DNA of 64,000 nt from the NCBI GenBank assembly GCA_965248435.1, contig OZ252100.1, forward strand, positions 4,960,001-5,024,000. Reading direction: 5' to 3'. A program made the translations under genes and the position numbers. The stretch comes from Candidatus Latescibacterota bacterium. GTDB taxonomy: Bacteria > Latescibacterota > UBA2968 > GCA-2709665. Below the pieces are notes generated by a model. That model saw only the letters and a program-made list of their open reading frames with translations. It did no database searches and was not told where the DNA came from. Of this stretch, positions 21,258 to 31,540 are shown in pieces (position 1 is the stretch's first letter; the number at the start of each line of letters is the position of its first letter).

Positions 21258-21938
21258 ATGACTGAGATGACAGTTCACGGTTTGAGAACGGATCCGAAGA
21301 CCAAGCAGCAGATGGTCTGGCTGCGCAGCATCGAGAATAACGTGATGCTTCCGATCGTGATCGGGAGCACCGAGGCGATGTCGATCTACGCGGAGCTCAC
21401 GGGGGAAAAAACCCCGCGTCCGCTCACGCACGATCTGCTGAGGACGATCCTGGACCATTTCGATGCAGAGGTCGAGGAGGTTCAGATCGTCGATCTGAAG
21501 GACGGGATCTTCTTCGCCGAGCTGGTCGTCACCCGATCGGGGAAACAGATGCGGCTGGATGCGCGACCGAGCGACGGTATCGCCCTCGCCCTGAAATACA
21601 AGGCCCCCGTCTACATGTCCGAAGAGATTTTGAAGGAGGCCGGCTACAAGGTCAAGATCGAGCTGGAAGGGGCGATTACGCTCGAGCAGTTGAACCGCAC
21701 CGATGATGAGGAAGCGACCGAGCTGAAGCCCACGGACATGGATATGGCACTCGCTGTGGAGGATCTGCTCGAGGAGGTCGGGGATGAAGAGATCTTCTTT
21801 GAGGAGGTGGATACCGTCGAGGGTCAGATCGGCCAACTTCAGAGGAAGATGGACGAGGCGATAAAGGAGGAGCAGTATGAGGAGGCCAGCCGCCTCCGGG
21901 ACAAGATCGCCAAGCTGAAAGGTGAGACCAAAGACTAG
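21258..21938 (+). CDS. Bifunctional nuclease (DUF151) with C-terminal UVR motif
   Basis: LPIVIG..EA, PRPLTHDL, DARPSDGIALAL, AIKEEQYEEASRLRDKI. Confidence 0.92.
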   Translation: MTEMTVHGLRTDPKTKQQMVWLRSIENNVMLPIVIGSTEAMSIYAELTGEKTPRPLTHDLLRTILDHFDAEVEEVQIVDLKDGIFFAELVVTRSGKQMRLDARPSDGIALALKYKAPVYMSEEILKEAGYKVKIELEGAITLEQLNRTDDEEATELKPTDMDMALAVEDLLEEVGDEEIFFEEVDTVEGQIGQLQRKMDEAIKEEQYEEASRLRDKIAKLKGETKD

Positions 21939-21966
21939 AATACACGGCAGATGATTCTATGGTAAC

Positions 21967-21998
21967 AGACGAGGTGATTTATCCCTCGTCTTTTTTTT
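21967..21998 (+). terminator. Rho-independent terminator
   Basis: AGACGAGG/CCTCGTCT stem followed by a T run. Confidence 0.8.
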
Positions 21999-22056
21999 GT
22001 GTTTTTTTCGGGGATTGGAAATCACCGGAGGTGACTATCGAACAGTGATAAACAAT

Positions 22057-22690
22057 TCCCCTCCTGGTCGGGGTGGGTCACAATCGAGTTTCTGCTCATC
22101 AGACCCACCGCTAGATTGCCTCCACAAAGGGCGCTTAGTATTCGCACCAGAAGCTCTCCGGGGTGCCCCGGAGGCTTGCCCCTGCGTGATTTAAGCAGGG
22201 GGAAGGGTGGGTTTACGAACGACGATCCACGAACGACGGGCCTTAGCCTCCGGCGGCCAACTTTTCTTGCTCGCCCAAGAAAAGGCCTACCGCAAGCGCC
22301 ACCCTTGGGCACAGCGCGGCTGTGCCCCTACACTCCAAGATTTCCCCGTAGGGGCGCGGCGTGCCGCGCCCGAGGACAAAAGAAGGGCTCCCCTCAGGCG
22401 CCGGGGGGGCTGACTTTTCCACGAACCGTCCCAGTGGCCCTAGAGATGTTTGTGTCCTTGGGTCTTTTGTGTTGTCCACAAACGGGAGTGCTTGACGGAT
22501 AAGCGCGGAAAAGTCCCACCCCACACCCCAAACCGGCCAGGAAGACCTAACCCCCCCAACCCCCCTTCCCTAAAGGGAAGGGGGGAGAGGTCAGGATCAT
22601 CGTGAATTCGAGGAGGAAGTTGATTTCGCGAGAGTGGATGGCTCTAACCTTCCCTCCCCCTTCAGGGGAGGGACCGAGGGAGGGGTCCAA
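22057..22690 (+). repeat. Mosaic repeat cluster (REP pair, variant 4, G/C-run hairpins)
   Basis: 22057-22170 matches 41822-41935; other modules also shared. Confidence 0.9.
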
Positions 22691-22698
22691 TCGCCGTT

Positions 22699-23391
22699 TC
22701 ACGAGATGCGAGATACGTTCTTTTCGATGCGGACAGCGGTGAATGCCATGAGTGCGAAGCCCAGAAGGAAGAGAGGCCATCCGAAGGACTGAGGGACGAA
22801 GGTGAAGACGGCCTGGAGACCGCCTCCGATGATGATCGAGAGGATGTCCTCCGTAAAGCTGTAAATAACGGCGAGCGCCCCGGCCGTCGCGAGTGTCCAG
22901 TCCCGGGAATCGATCCGAATCGTCGCGCCTCTGTCCAGGAGCTGCATGGCGCGGAGAGATCCGAGGATCAGCAGCAAGGATATAAGCACCGGGGCAAGGA
23001 CAGGCCCGATCCAGACGACCGGAATGAGGAAGAGGACGTCCCAGGTCAAGAGCGATTCGGGCCAATTCAAGAAGAGCTTGAGCCAGATGTAATACCAGAT
23101 GTCCCACGCGCCGAACAGGAAGGCGAAGCAAGCGAACCGGCCCCAGCCGGGCGCCCCCGCCACCCAGGCTACGGCCCCGAGCATGAGCAGGGTCGCAAGC
23201 TCACGGCCCACCTCCACGATGAAGATCCACGGCTCCGCCTCCTTCAGGGGAAAGTCGAACCCTCCCGGATAGAAGGCCTCGCGAAGATAGACGACCACGG
23301 CGGATTCCAGGTAGGCCATCGTGATCGCGAAGATGACTAAAGGCACAAGCATCCCCAGATGGCGGCCCCTTTTTTCCGAGTCTGGTATCAC
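22699..23391 (-). CDS. Conserved hypothetical membrane protein
   Basis: Multiple TM helices; YLESAVVVYLR, WDIWYY, WDVLFLIPVVW. Confidence 0.75.
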   Translation of the reverse strand: MIPDSEKRGRHLGMLVPLVIFAITMAYLESAVVVYLREAFYPGGFDFPLKEAEPWIFIVEVGRELATLLMLGAVAWVAGAPGWGRFACFAFLFGAWDIWYYIWLKLFLNWPESLLTWDVLFLIPVVWIGPVLAPVLISLLLILGSLRAMQLLDRGATIRIDSRDWTLATAGALAVIYSFTEDILSIIIGGGLQAVFTFVPQSFGWPLFLLGFALMAFTAVRIEKNVSRIS

Positions 23392-23449
23392 TTCGATTTC
23401 CCTTCTTCAGCGCGCGTCATACCTGGCTCTTTACCTTTCTCGCCCCACC

Positions 23450-23960
23450 CCTGGGTCGGGGTGGGTAATATCGTGAACTTCACAACAGCATGCCTCCGGC
23501 GTCCCGCCCGTCGGCTCGCTGTCTTCGATCACGAACTCGCCGTGGATAATCACGAAGTCGATGCCGACGGGCTTCTGAACGTTGCTACCGGTACCCTACT
23601 TTTCTTGTCTCGCCACAAGAAAAGGCCTACCGCAACCGCCACCCTGGGGCACAGCGCGGCTGTGCCCCTACACTCCAAGATTTCGCTGTAGGGGCGCGGC
23701 GTGCCGCGCCCGAGGACAAAAGAAAGGCGCCCCTCAAACGCCGGGGAGGCTTCGGCCGCGGCACCTCACCCTCAGTGGCATAAACAGTCCACGGCAGGAA
23801 GGCCAAATCCTCACCACGCGCTCGCGATCACTGAGGAACCAACCCGCTGGGAGGCGAAATGGGCTGGTTGCATCGGAGTCGCACACCGCGGCCCTGATGG
23901 TTTCAAGCGATCTCTTTCGTGAGTTTGAGAGACGCCAGTCCCCTCCTGGGTCGGGGTGGG
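23450..23960 (+). repeat. Mosaic repeat cluster (deacylase-derived module, REP pair, variant 1)
   Basis: Near-copy of 1765-2210. Confidence 0.9.
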
Positions 23961-24146
23961 TTGTATCACGTGGTTCACACGTGCGGGCCGCATCAAACTA
24001 TGTTGGCCTGACGGGCGTGTCAAGGCGGTGATCCGGGCCGTTTCGGGCAAGGACAATCCGGTTGCGGTCACGCGTCTCAGGTGTTATCATGCCTAGCGAG
24101 AAAATCCCCAGTCCACCCGTAGTTATCGTAGATAAGGAGGAGCATC

Positions 24147-24581
24147 ATGGCCGGTACTATTCCTTTAATCAGCTCAGAAGTTTCTGGGCCGCTGGGAGCT
24201 ATCCACCTTCCCAGGTTGTGGTTGAAGCTGACCCTGAGCGCGAAGGGGCAGCTGGCAGAGGGCTACGCGGAATGCGGCGCCGGGTTCGACCAGATGGTCC
24301 TGGACGGCTTGAGCATCAACCGGGACGCAGCCGTCAATCAGGTGAAGAGCAGTACACCCACTTATGCAGAATTCGAAAATTGGGTGCTGGAGCAGCGGGG
24401 CGGCAGCATTCCGCAGAGCGAAATCGACAGCTCGAATGCGGCCATAAGAGGTTACAACCACGATGACGCCACGCGAGGCGAAATCCTGTCCGCGGCCGGG
24501 ATTTCCGACGACGGGTCGATCAAGGACGCGGTCAATCTGAACAACATCGAGGACTGGACCGACTTCCACAGTAGTCTGTAG
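24147..24581 (+). CDS. DUF5069-like protein
   Basis: Strong RBS (AAGGAGGAG); GPLGAIHLPRLWLK..L..GY....G.D pattern. Confidence 0.6.
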   Translation: MAGTIPLISSEVSGPLGAIHLPRLWLKLTLSAKGQLAEGYAECGAGFDQMVLDGLSINRDAAVNQVKSSTPTYAEFENWVLEQRGGSIPQSEIDSSNAAIRGYNHDDATRGEILSAAGISDDGSIKDAVNLNNIEDWTDFHSSL

Positions 24582-24682
24582 GTGGAGTGAAAAGCGTTCG
24601 GCGACCCCGGATCGACCGTGATCTCGGGTTGTCGGGCGCTTCTCATTTATTCGTGGCGTGGTGGTTTGAATCAGGAGAGGTT

Positions 24683-25573
24683 ATGGCAAATTCAGATTTC
24701 AAGATCGGGGTCGTCGGCGTGGGTCGTATGGGATCCAACATCGCCCGCCACCTGAAGGATGAGGGGTTCCCGGTTACGGGCGTCTTCGACGCACAGAAGG
24801 ACCTGGCGCAGGAGCTGGCGGGGGAGCTTCAGACCGAAGCGTATGAGACCCTGGCAGGCGTCACGAACGCTGCGGACACGATCATCACGGTCGTCACGGA
24901 CGACGACTCGATGCGGACGATCTTCACCGAGCAGGGAGACAGCCTCCTCGAGGGGGCGCAGGGAAAGGTGTTCCTCAACTGCGCCACGATTTCACCGCAG
25001 GTGCACGTGGACGTCGAGGCGCTCGCCGAGAAGGCGGGCGCGAGCAGCCTGGAGGGCTGTATGGCGAGCAGCATCACGCAGGCGAGGGAAGGGACGCTCT
25101 ACCTGATGTGCGGGGGAAAGAAGGAGGTGTTCGATCGGGTGAGGCCGATCCTGGACGCGATGAGCACCGATCTTCGTTATGTAGGGGAATCCGGAAAGGC
25201 GGCGCAGGTCAAGGCGCTCGTGAATATGGTGATGAATATCAATACGGCCGGTCTTGCCGAGGGATTGGGCCTGGGTGCCGCACTCGGTCTGGACCTGAAG
25301 ATGCTGCAGGAGGTGTTTTCCCAGACCGGCGCGAATTCCCGTGTGCTGGAGACGGATGGGGAGGACATGGAGAACCGGGATCACGAGTGTTATTTCTCGT
25401 CCGCGCACGCGTCGAAGGATTCGGGCATCGCGCTTGGGCTCGCAAAGGCACAGGGGTTGAACCTTCCCCTGGCGGAGGCGACGAAGCGTCAGTTCGACCG
25501 GATGATCGAAATCGGCAAAGGTGAGCTGGACAAATCGGGCGTTGCGGAGCTTACGTTTCCCGGCAGGGGGTAG
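24683..25573 (+). CDS. NAD(P)-dependent oxidoreductase (3-hydroxyisobutyrate dehydrogenase family)
   Basis: GVVGVGRMG, AREGTLYLMCGG, KALVN, KDSGIA. Confidence 0.88.
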   Translation: MANSDFKIGVVGVGRMGSNIARHLKDEGFPVTGVFDAQKDLAQELAGELQTEAYETLAGVTNAADTIITVVTDDDSMRTIFTEQGDSLLEGAQGKVFLNCATISPQVHVDVEALAEKAGASSLEGCMASSITQAREGTLYLMCGGKKEVFDRVRPILDAMSTDLRYVGESGKAAQVKALVNMVMNINTAGLAEGLGLGAALGLDLKMLQEVFSQTGANSRVLETDGEDMENRDHECYFSSAHASKDSGIALGLAKAQGLNLPLAEATKRQFDRMIEIGKGELDKSGVAELTFPGRG

Positions 25574-25595
25574 GTCCGCATCATCGATCTCACGG

Positions 25596-25638
25596 GAGGC
25601 CTCACGGCGCGGAATGCGATGCGTGAGGCCTCTTTTTT
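25596..25638 (+). terminator. Rho-independent terminator
   Basis: GAGGCCTCACG/CGTGAGGCCTC stem followed by T6. Confidence 0.75.
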
Positions 25639-25679
25639 GGTGTAGGAATACGGACTGTGCATTTGGGATTGCGGGGCAC

Positions 25680-25846
25680 GGGCCCTCACCCTGCCTCGCT
25701 CCGCTCGGCATCCCTCTCCCATAAATAGGAGAGGGAAAAAACGAGTTGTTTGTCTTTCTCCCCTCTCCCACGTGTGGGTGAGAGTACATACTGATGAAAC
25801 AGTTATGCGAGCACTGAAACGAGGGAGCGGGGCCGGGGGTGAGGGC
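25680..25846. repeat. CCCTCACCC/CCCTCTCCC-GGGAGAGGG palindromic repeat pair
   Basis: Same family at 32917-33033, 35692-35856 and 39271-39395. Confidence 0.85.
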
Positions 25847-25847
25847 C

Positions 25848-26087
25848 TTGAAGCAGCCATCTCCTGACGACTTCGCAGAAGATCAAGAGCGCGCCGAGAC
25901 GATTCGTGCGATCGTGGACGATGTGGCCCGGCGGATCCAGAACGGCACGCTGACGGAGGTCGAGGCCCGCGCGTTGGCCGCAAATGTTCGATTCCAGATG
26001 ACTCAGATGATTCCGGATCAGATGGATACGTACGATCTGATCTACGGCGCGAGGTTCGACCGGTTGATCGAGCAATTTATTCGGTGA
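25848..26087 (+). CDS. Small hypothetical protein
   Basis: About 80-codon helical ORF (PD..D.YDLIYGARF.RLIEQF) overlapping the next start; start codon uncertain. Confidence 0.6.
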   Translation: MKQPSPDDFAEDQERAETIRAIVDDVARRIQNGTLTEVEARALAANVRFQMTQMIPDQMDTYDLIYGARFDRLIEQFIR

Positions 26088-29000
26088 ATGTTGTAGGTCA
26101 TTTAATGAGAGACATCTCAAACACAACCTACGCGATTTGCCTTGCGGGCGTGTTGTCGATTTCGCTAGGGGAATCGCGGGCGTTCGGCGAACAGGGCGAG
26201 ATCACGACCTTCTTCGGCGGGGGTGTGGGAGACGGCGGCGCACCCACGACCGCGAGTCTGATCGACCCGAGAGGTGTGTTCGCTGATTCGTTGGGGAACG
26301 TCTACATCGCGGATACGGGTCATCACCGGATCCGGAAGGTGGACGGAACGGGGATCATATCCACGGTCGCGGGGAGCGGGATCGAGGGGCTCTCGGGGGA
26401 CGGAGGACCGGCAGTCGCCGCCTCGCTGGCTGCACCCGTCGCGGTCGTGTCCGACGATTCGGGAAATCTCTACATCGCCGACACCGAGAATCACCGGATT
26501 CGAAAGGTGAGCGCGTCGGGGATCATCTCGACGTTTGCCGGCGGCGGCACCGAGCTGGGTGACGGGGGCCCGGCCACTGACGCGCTCCTGGACAGCCCTG
26601 CGGGTCTGTTCCTAAGGGGGCGGGATACGCTCTACATCGCGGACACCGGACAGCATCGCATCCGTATGGTCGATTCGACGGGTGTGATCACGACGCTCGC
26701 CGGAGACGGCGTCGCCTCCTTCCTGGGGGATGACGGTCCTTCGACAGCGGCCAGGTTGAACACGCCGGCGGGGCTGTTCGGTGATGCCGACGGAAATCTA
26801 TACATCGCGGATCGGGGCAACAGCCGGATCCGGAAGATCGATGCCGCGGGGACGATCCAGACGGTGGCGGGCAGCGGCGTGCCGAGTTTCACGGGGGACG
26901 ACGGACCGGCAACGGACGCCCGCTTGAACAACCCGGAGGCGGTCTTCGTCGACAGCTCCGGAACTCTCTTCTTTTCGGATCGCATCAATCACCGGATCCG
27001 GCGGGTGGACGTCTCGGGCACGATCACGACGGTGGCAGGCACGGGGACGCGGGCATTCGCGGGCGACGAGGGATTTGCCGTAGAAGCGGCGCTGGACAAC
27101 CCGAGGGGTCTCTTCGTCGACGCGGAGGGCGTTCTTCTGATCGCCGATTCGGACAACAACCGGATCCGCCGCGTGGACGCCGACGGTATCGTGACGACCT
27201 CCGCCGGGAGCGGGCCGACCCGGTTGACCGAGGCGCCCTTTCTGGGGGACGGCCTGCTGGCCGCGAACGCGGACCTGAACCGTCCGTTCGGCCTCTATCT
27301 GGACGGCGGGGGCAGCCTGTTCGTCGCCGATACCGACAACCAGCGGGTCCGGAAGGTGGACGGCGCCACAGGAATCGCATCCACGATCGCCGGAAACGGG
27401 GAGGCCGGCTACGAGGGAGACAGCCTGGCGGCCGTCGCGACGAGCTTGAACGCGCCAGGGGCTGTGATCTCCGATGCGGACGGAAACGTCTTCGTCGTCG
27501 ACACAGACAATCACAGAATCCGAAAGGTGGACGCGTCGGGGATCATCACGACCGTGGCCGGGACGGGAGGCGCCGGGTTTTCGGGAGATTCGGAACGGGC
27601 CACGATCGCGCGGCTGAATTCACCCGAGCACATCTTTCTGGACACATCAGGTAACCTCTACATCGCCGACACGGGAAACAACCGGGTCCGGAAGATCGAC
27701 ACAAAGACCGGCGTGATTTCGACCCTGGCCGGAAGCGGGGGGATCGGCGCGGTCGCCGCGGGATTCTCGGGGGACGACGGGCCGGCGACGGATGCGCGTC
27801 TGAACGCCCCGTCCGGTCTGTTCGTGGACGGGTTCGGAAATGTCTACATCGCTGACGAGGGGAACGCGCGTGTCCGAAAGATCGATCCGTTCGGGACGAT
27901 CACCTCGATCGTCGGAGCCGGCGGGGGGTTCGACGGGGACGGTGAGCCGGCGACGGACGCGCGGCTGAACGGGCTCAGGTCGATCTTCCTGGACGCCGCC
28001 GGCAGCCTGTTCATCGCGGACCAGGGGAACGACCGGGTTCGAAAGGTGGATGCGTCGGGCATCATCACGACCGTCGCGGGGACGGGGAGCGCGGGATTGT
28101 CAGGGGATGGAGGTCCGGCGACGGAGGCGAGCCTGGACGGTCCATCGGCTGTGTTCGTGGATACGGATGGTGATCTCTACATCGTGGATCGAGAGAACTC
28201 CAGGGTCCGCGTCGTGGAGGGCATCGCCGCAGCGACGCATCTCGAGGTCGGCACGTTCACGTTTCCGACGGAGGGCGTCCCGCCCAGGCTCGAGGGCTCG
28301 TGGCCCAGGAACGGGGCGATCAACATCGATCCACGCGCCCTGGAACGGGACGGGATCACCGCGATCTTCGACAAGCCGATCGACATGGACGCGATCCTGG
28401 CGATCGTCACGGGGAGCTTGGGAAACTGGACGCCGAGCTGGAAGGAGAGCGAGACGCGGCTTCGGCTGAGGCCGACGGGTGACGTGAGTTTCGGTACGGA
28501 GTATCGCGTGAACCTCTTCCAGGTCGCCGACCAGGAGGGAAATGCCGCGGAAGACATCGTGATTCTGTTCACGACCCAGGCGTCGCAGGAGGTTCCCGAG
28601 GGGAACATCGCGACGGCGGCGGGCGACGGGACGCCCGGGTTTGCCGGTGAGGATGAGCCGGCGTCCGAGGCGCGTCTGTTTTCGCCCTCCGATGTGTTCG
28701 TGGACGATGAGGGCAACCTGTTTATCGCCGATCGCGACAACCACCGGGTGAGGAAGGTGGATACGGAAGGAAATATCACGACGATTGCGGGGAACGGTCT
28801 GCGCGGTTTTTCAGGCGAGGGCGGGTCGGCGAACGCGGCCTCACTCGACAGCCCGACCGGGGTCTTCGTGGACGCGGACGGCAACGTCTACATCGTCGAC
28901 CGGGACAACGGCCGGATCAGGAAGGTGAGTCCTGACGGCACGATCCAGACGGTCGCCGGGAACGGGACCCGCGGGTTTTCGGGGGACGGTGCGTCGGCGA

Positions 29001-29608
29001 CCGACGCGAGTCTGGACGGACCTGCCGGGATCTTCGTGGACGCGGCGGGGAACATCTACATCGTGGACCGCCGCAACAAGCGGATTCGAAAGGTGGATGC
29101 GGAGACCGGGTCGATCTCGACCGTGGCAGGCAACGGTTTCGGCGGGTTTACGGATGACGGCGGGTCGGCGACGGACGCGGGCCTGGACGACCCGACCGCG
29201 GTGACGGTTGACTCGGAGGGGAACCTTTACATTGTAGACGGCGGTCGGGTGCGGAAGGTGGATGGCGAGACGGGGCAGATCGATACCGTCGCGGGCGGTG
29301 CGGCAGCCGACGCTCCGCTGGGGGACGGGGGACCGGCCACGGAGGCGAGGCTGACGGCGCAGGATGTGTTCGTGGGCGATGACGGCAGTCTCTACATCGC
29401 AGATTCGGGGCGGATTCGGCACGTCGGTCCGGACGGGACGATCGAGACGGTCGCCGGGACCGGGGAGCTTCAGGGGCCGATCGGGGACGGGGGACCGGCG
29501 GTGGTCGCGAGCATGAGTTCCGCGGGGATCATCCTGGACAAGCTGGGGAACCTGTTTGTGGCCGATCAGGCGAATCACAGGGTTCGGAAGGTGGACTGGC
29601 CGAGTTGA
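26084..29608 (+). CDS. Secreted NHL-repeat beta-propeller protein with a central Ig-like domain
   Basis: About 18 repeats of GNLYIAD..N.RIRKVD..G.I.TVAG.G..G.SGDGGPA; signal peptide; Big_5-like insert. Confidence 0.9.
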   Translation: MNVVGHLMRDISNTTYAICLAGVLSISLGESRAFGEQGEITTFFGGGVGDGGAPTTASLIDPRGVFADSLGNVYIADTGHHRIRKVDGTGIISTVAGSGIEGLSGDGGPAVAASLAAPVAVVSDDSGNLYIADTENHRIRKVSASGIISTFAGGGTELGDGGPATDALLDSPAGLFLRGRDTLYIADTGQHRIRMVDSTGVITTLAGDGVASFLGDDGPSTAARLNTPAGLFGDADGNLYIADRGNSRIRKIDAAGTIQTVAGSGVPSFTGDDGPATDARLNNPEAVFVDSSGTLFFSDRINHRIRRVDVSGTITTVAGTGTRAFAGDEGFAVEAALDNPRGLFVDAEGVLLIADSDNNRIRRVDADGIVTTSAGSGPTRLTEAPFLGDGLLAANADLNRPFGLYLDGGGSLFVADTDNQRVRKVDGATGIASTIAGNGEAGYEGDSLAAVATSLNAPGAVISDADGNVFVVDTDNHRIRKVDASGIITTVAGTGGAGFSGDSERATIARLNSPEHIFLDTSGNLYIADTGNNRVRKIDTKTGVISTLAGSGGIGAVAAGFSGDDGPATDARLNAPSGLFVDGFGNVYIADEGNARVRKIDPFGTITSIVGAGGGFDGDGEPATDARLNGLRSIFLDAAGSLFIADQGNDRVRKVDASGIITTVAGTGSAGLSGDGGPATEASLDGPSAVFVDTDGDLYIVDRENSRVRVVEGIAAATHLEVGTFTFPTEGVPPRLEGSWPRNGAINIDPRALERDGITAIFDKPIDMDAILAIVTGSLGNWTPSWKESETRLRLRPTGDVSFGTEYRVNLFQVADQEGNAAEDIVILFTTQASQEVPEGNIATAAGDGTPGFAGEDEPASEARLFSPSDVFVDDEGNLFIADRDNHRVRKVDTEGNITTIAGNGLRGFSGEGGSANAASLDSPTGVFVDADGNVYIVDRDNGRIRKVSPDGTIQTVAGNGTRGFSGDGASATDASLDGPAGIFVDAAGNIYIVDRRNKRIRKVDAETGSISTVAGNGFGGFTDDGGSATDAGLDDPTAVTVDSEGNLYIVDGGRVRKVDGETGQIDTVAGGAAADAPLGDGGPATEARLTAQDVFVGDDGSLYIADSGRIRHVGPDGTIETVAGTGELQGPIGDGGPAVVASMSSAGIILDKLGNLFVADQANHRVRKVDWPS

Positions 29609-29811
29609 CCCGCCGCGAGCTGGTGCTGCCCAGGCAGGCGGACTTTACACGCGACGGGACGGTGGATTTTTTCGATTTTCTGCAGTTCATTTTGCAGTTC
29701 AACAAAACGCTTGATGATCCGGATTTCGATCCGAGGTTCGACCTGAACCGGAGCGGGTCGGTGGAATTTTTGGATTTTGTTTTGTTCGTGCAGTTGTTTG
29801 AAGGGTCGTGA
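29605..29811 (+). CDS. Dockerin/EF-hand-like module, probably the frameshifted C-terminus of the NHL protein
   Basis: DFTRDGTVDFFDF and DLNRSGSVEFLDF Ca-binding loops; overlaps the upstream stop. Confidence 0.65.
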   Translation: MTRRELVLPRQADFTRDGTVDFFDFLQFILQFNKTLDDPDFDPRFDLNRSGSVEFLDFVLFVQLFEGS

Positions 29812-29825
29812 ACTCGGCGAAAGTC

Positions 29826-30363
29826 TATGCCTCCGGCGGCCGCACAATTGCGGATTGCGGATTTGGGATTGCGGAATGAAAGGCAAAAGGGCGTGTTTTC
29901 GGAATCAGAAAATAAATGTGGTAGGAGCCAGCTCCTGCTGGCGAACCCCTTGCCTCCGGCGGCCTACTTTTCTTGTCTCGCCACAAGAAAAGTAGGCAAA
30001 AGAAGGGCGCCGCTCAGGCGCCGCGGGGGCTTCGGCCGCGGCACCTCACCCTCAGTGGAAAGGACGGTGGCGGCAATCAGGGCGGGACTCCTGCCCCGCC
30101 TGACGCCCACTATGGGACCGGCCCAGAGGGCCTAACCGCGTGGGAGGTGAAAGAACGAGGTTGCATGGGAGTCGCACACCGCGGCCCCGATGGCATCGAG
30201 CGATCCATTTCGCCACTTCCAAGACCGTGCACAAATCGGCGAGTTCCAAAATTAGAGCACATTACTTTAACCCCCGACATTTGACGACGAACCTTTACAG
30301 AGGGGGGAGGCGATCACGAGACGCATTCTTCCCCCTTTGGAAAAGGGGGACTGAGGGGGATTT
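29826..30363 (+). repeat. Mosaic repeat cluster (REP, variant 2)
   Basis: 29826-29948 matches 1533-1648; the core matches other variant-2 copies. Confidence 0.9.
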
Positions 30364-30408
30364 CAGAGTGAATCACCTGACAGTTGGCGACAATACGGGA
30401 GGACGTGC

Positions 30409-30978
30409 ATGGATGTCTTAGAAGCGATTGAGTCAAGAAGAACCACATTCCATTTCAAGCCAGACCCCGTGCCGAAGGATCAGATCGAGCGGATCCTGGG
30501 CTACGGGATCTGGGCGCCGAATCACCACCTGACGAACCCGTGGCGCTTCGTCGTCCTGGGCGAGGCGACCAAGCTAAAGCTGGGGGAGCGTTATCGGGAG
30601 ATCCAGATGGGGAAGGCACCTGACCACGTTCCGGACGAGGCCAGGAATACGCTGGGAGAGAAGGGGTTCCAGAAGTTCATGTCCAAGCCCACGATCGTGG
30701 CGGTGTCGTGTCTTCAGGACGGGGACGAGGAGCGGAATCGGGAGGATTACGCGGCGACATGCTGCGCGGTGCAGAACATTCAGCTCGCGGCGTGGAGTGA
30801 GGGGGTCGGCGTCCAGTGGAGCACGGGACCGATCACGAAGGAGCAGGAGACGTATGACCTGCTGGGGGTGGATAAGGAAACGGAGTTGATCATCGGATTT
30901 CTCTACACGGGCACACCCGCAGAGGTGGGCAAACCGAAGCGGACGCCGATCGAGGAAGTGCTGCGGTGGACGACCTAA
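30409..30978 (+). CDS. Nitroreductase family protein
   Basis: AIESRRT, WAPNHHLTNPWRF, AVQNIQLAAW..G.G..WSTG. Confidence 0.9.
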   Translation: MDVLEAIESRRTTFHFKPDPVPKDQIERILGYGIWAPNHHLTNPWRFVVLGEATKLKLGERYREIQMGKAPDHVPDEARNTLGEKGFQKFMSKPTIVAVSCLQDGDEERNREDYAATCCAVQNIQLAAWSEGVGVQWSTGPITKEQETYDLLGVDKETELIIGFLYTGTPAEVGKPKRTPIEEVLRWTT

Positions 30979-31009
30979 CCCCCCCCCATGTATGACCAGG
31001 CTCGTCACA

Positions 31010-31540
31010 AGTCCCCTCCTTGGAGGGGTGCCCCGAAGGGGCGGGGTGGGTGCAACCAGGATCTCAGACTGCATGCCTCCGGCGGCCTACTTTTCTTGTC
31101 TCGCCACAAGAAAAGGCCTACCGCAACCGCCACCCTGGGGCACAGCGCGGCTGTGCCCCTACACTCCAAGATTTCGCTGTAGGGGCGCGGCGTGCCGCGC
31201 CCGAGGACAAAAGAAGGGCGCCGCTCAAACGCCGCGGGGGCTTCGGCCGCGGCACCTCACCCTCAGTGGAATAAACAGTGCACGGCAGGAAGGCCAAATC
31301 CTCACCACGCGCTCGCGATCACTGAGGAACCAACCCGCTGGGAGGAGAAATGGGCTGGTTGCATCGGAGTCGCACACCGCGGCCCTGATTGTTTCGAGCG
31401 ATCTATTTCGCGAGTTTGAGAGACGCTAGCAACTTGAAAGTCGATTAGTTCCCGAGGTGACGATCATGGTGAATTTTCTTGAACAGGATGGATGGCTCTG
31501 ACCTTCCCTCCCCCTTCAGGGGAGGGACCGAGGGAGGGGT
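31010..31540 (+). repeat. Mosaic repeat cluster (REP pair, variant 1)
   Basis: Shared modules. Confidence 0.9.
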
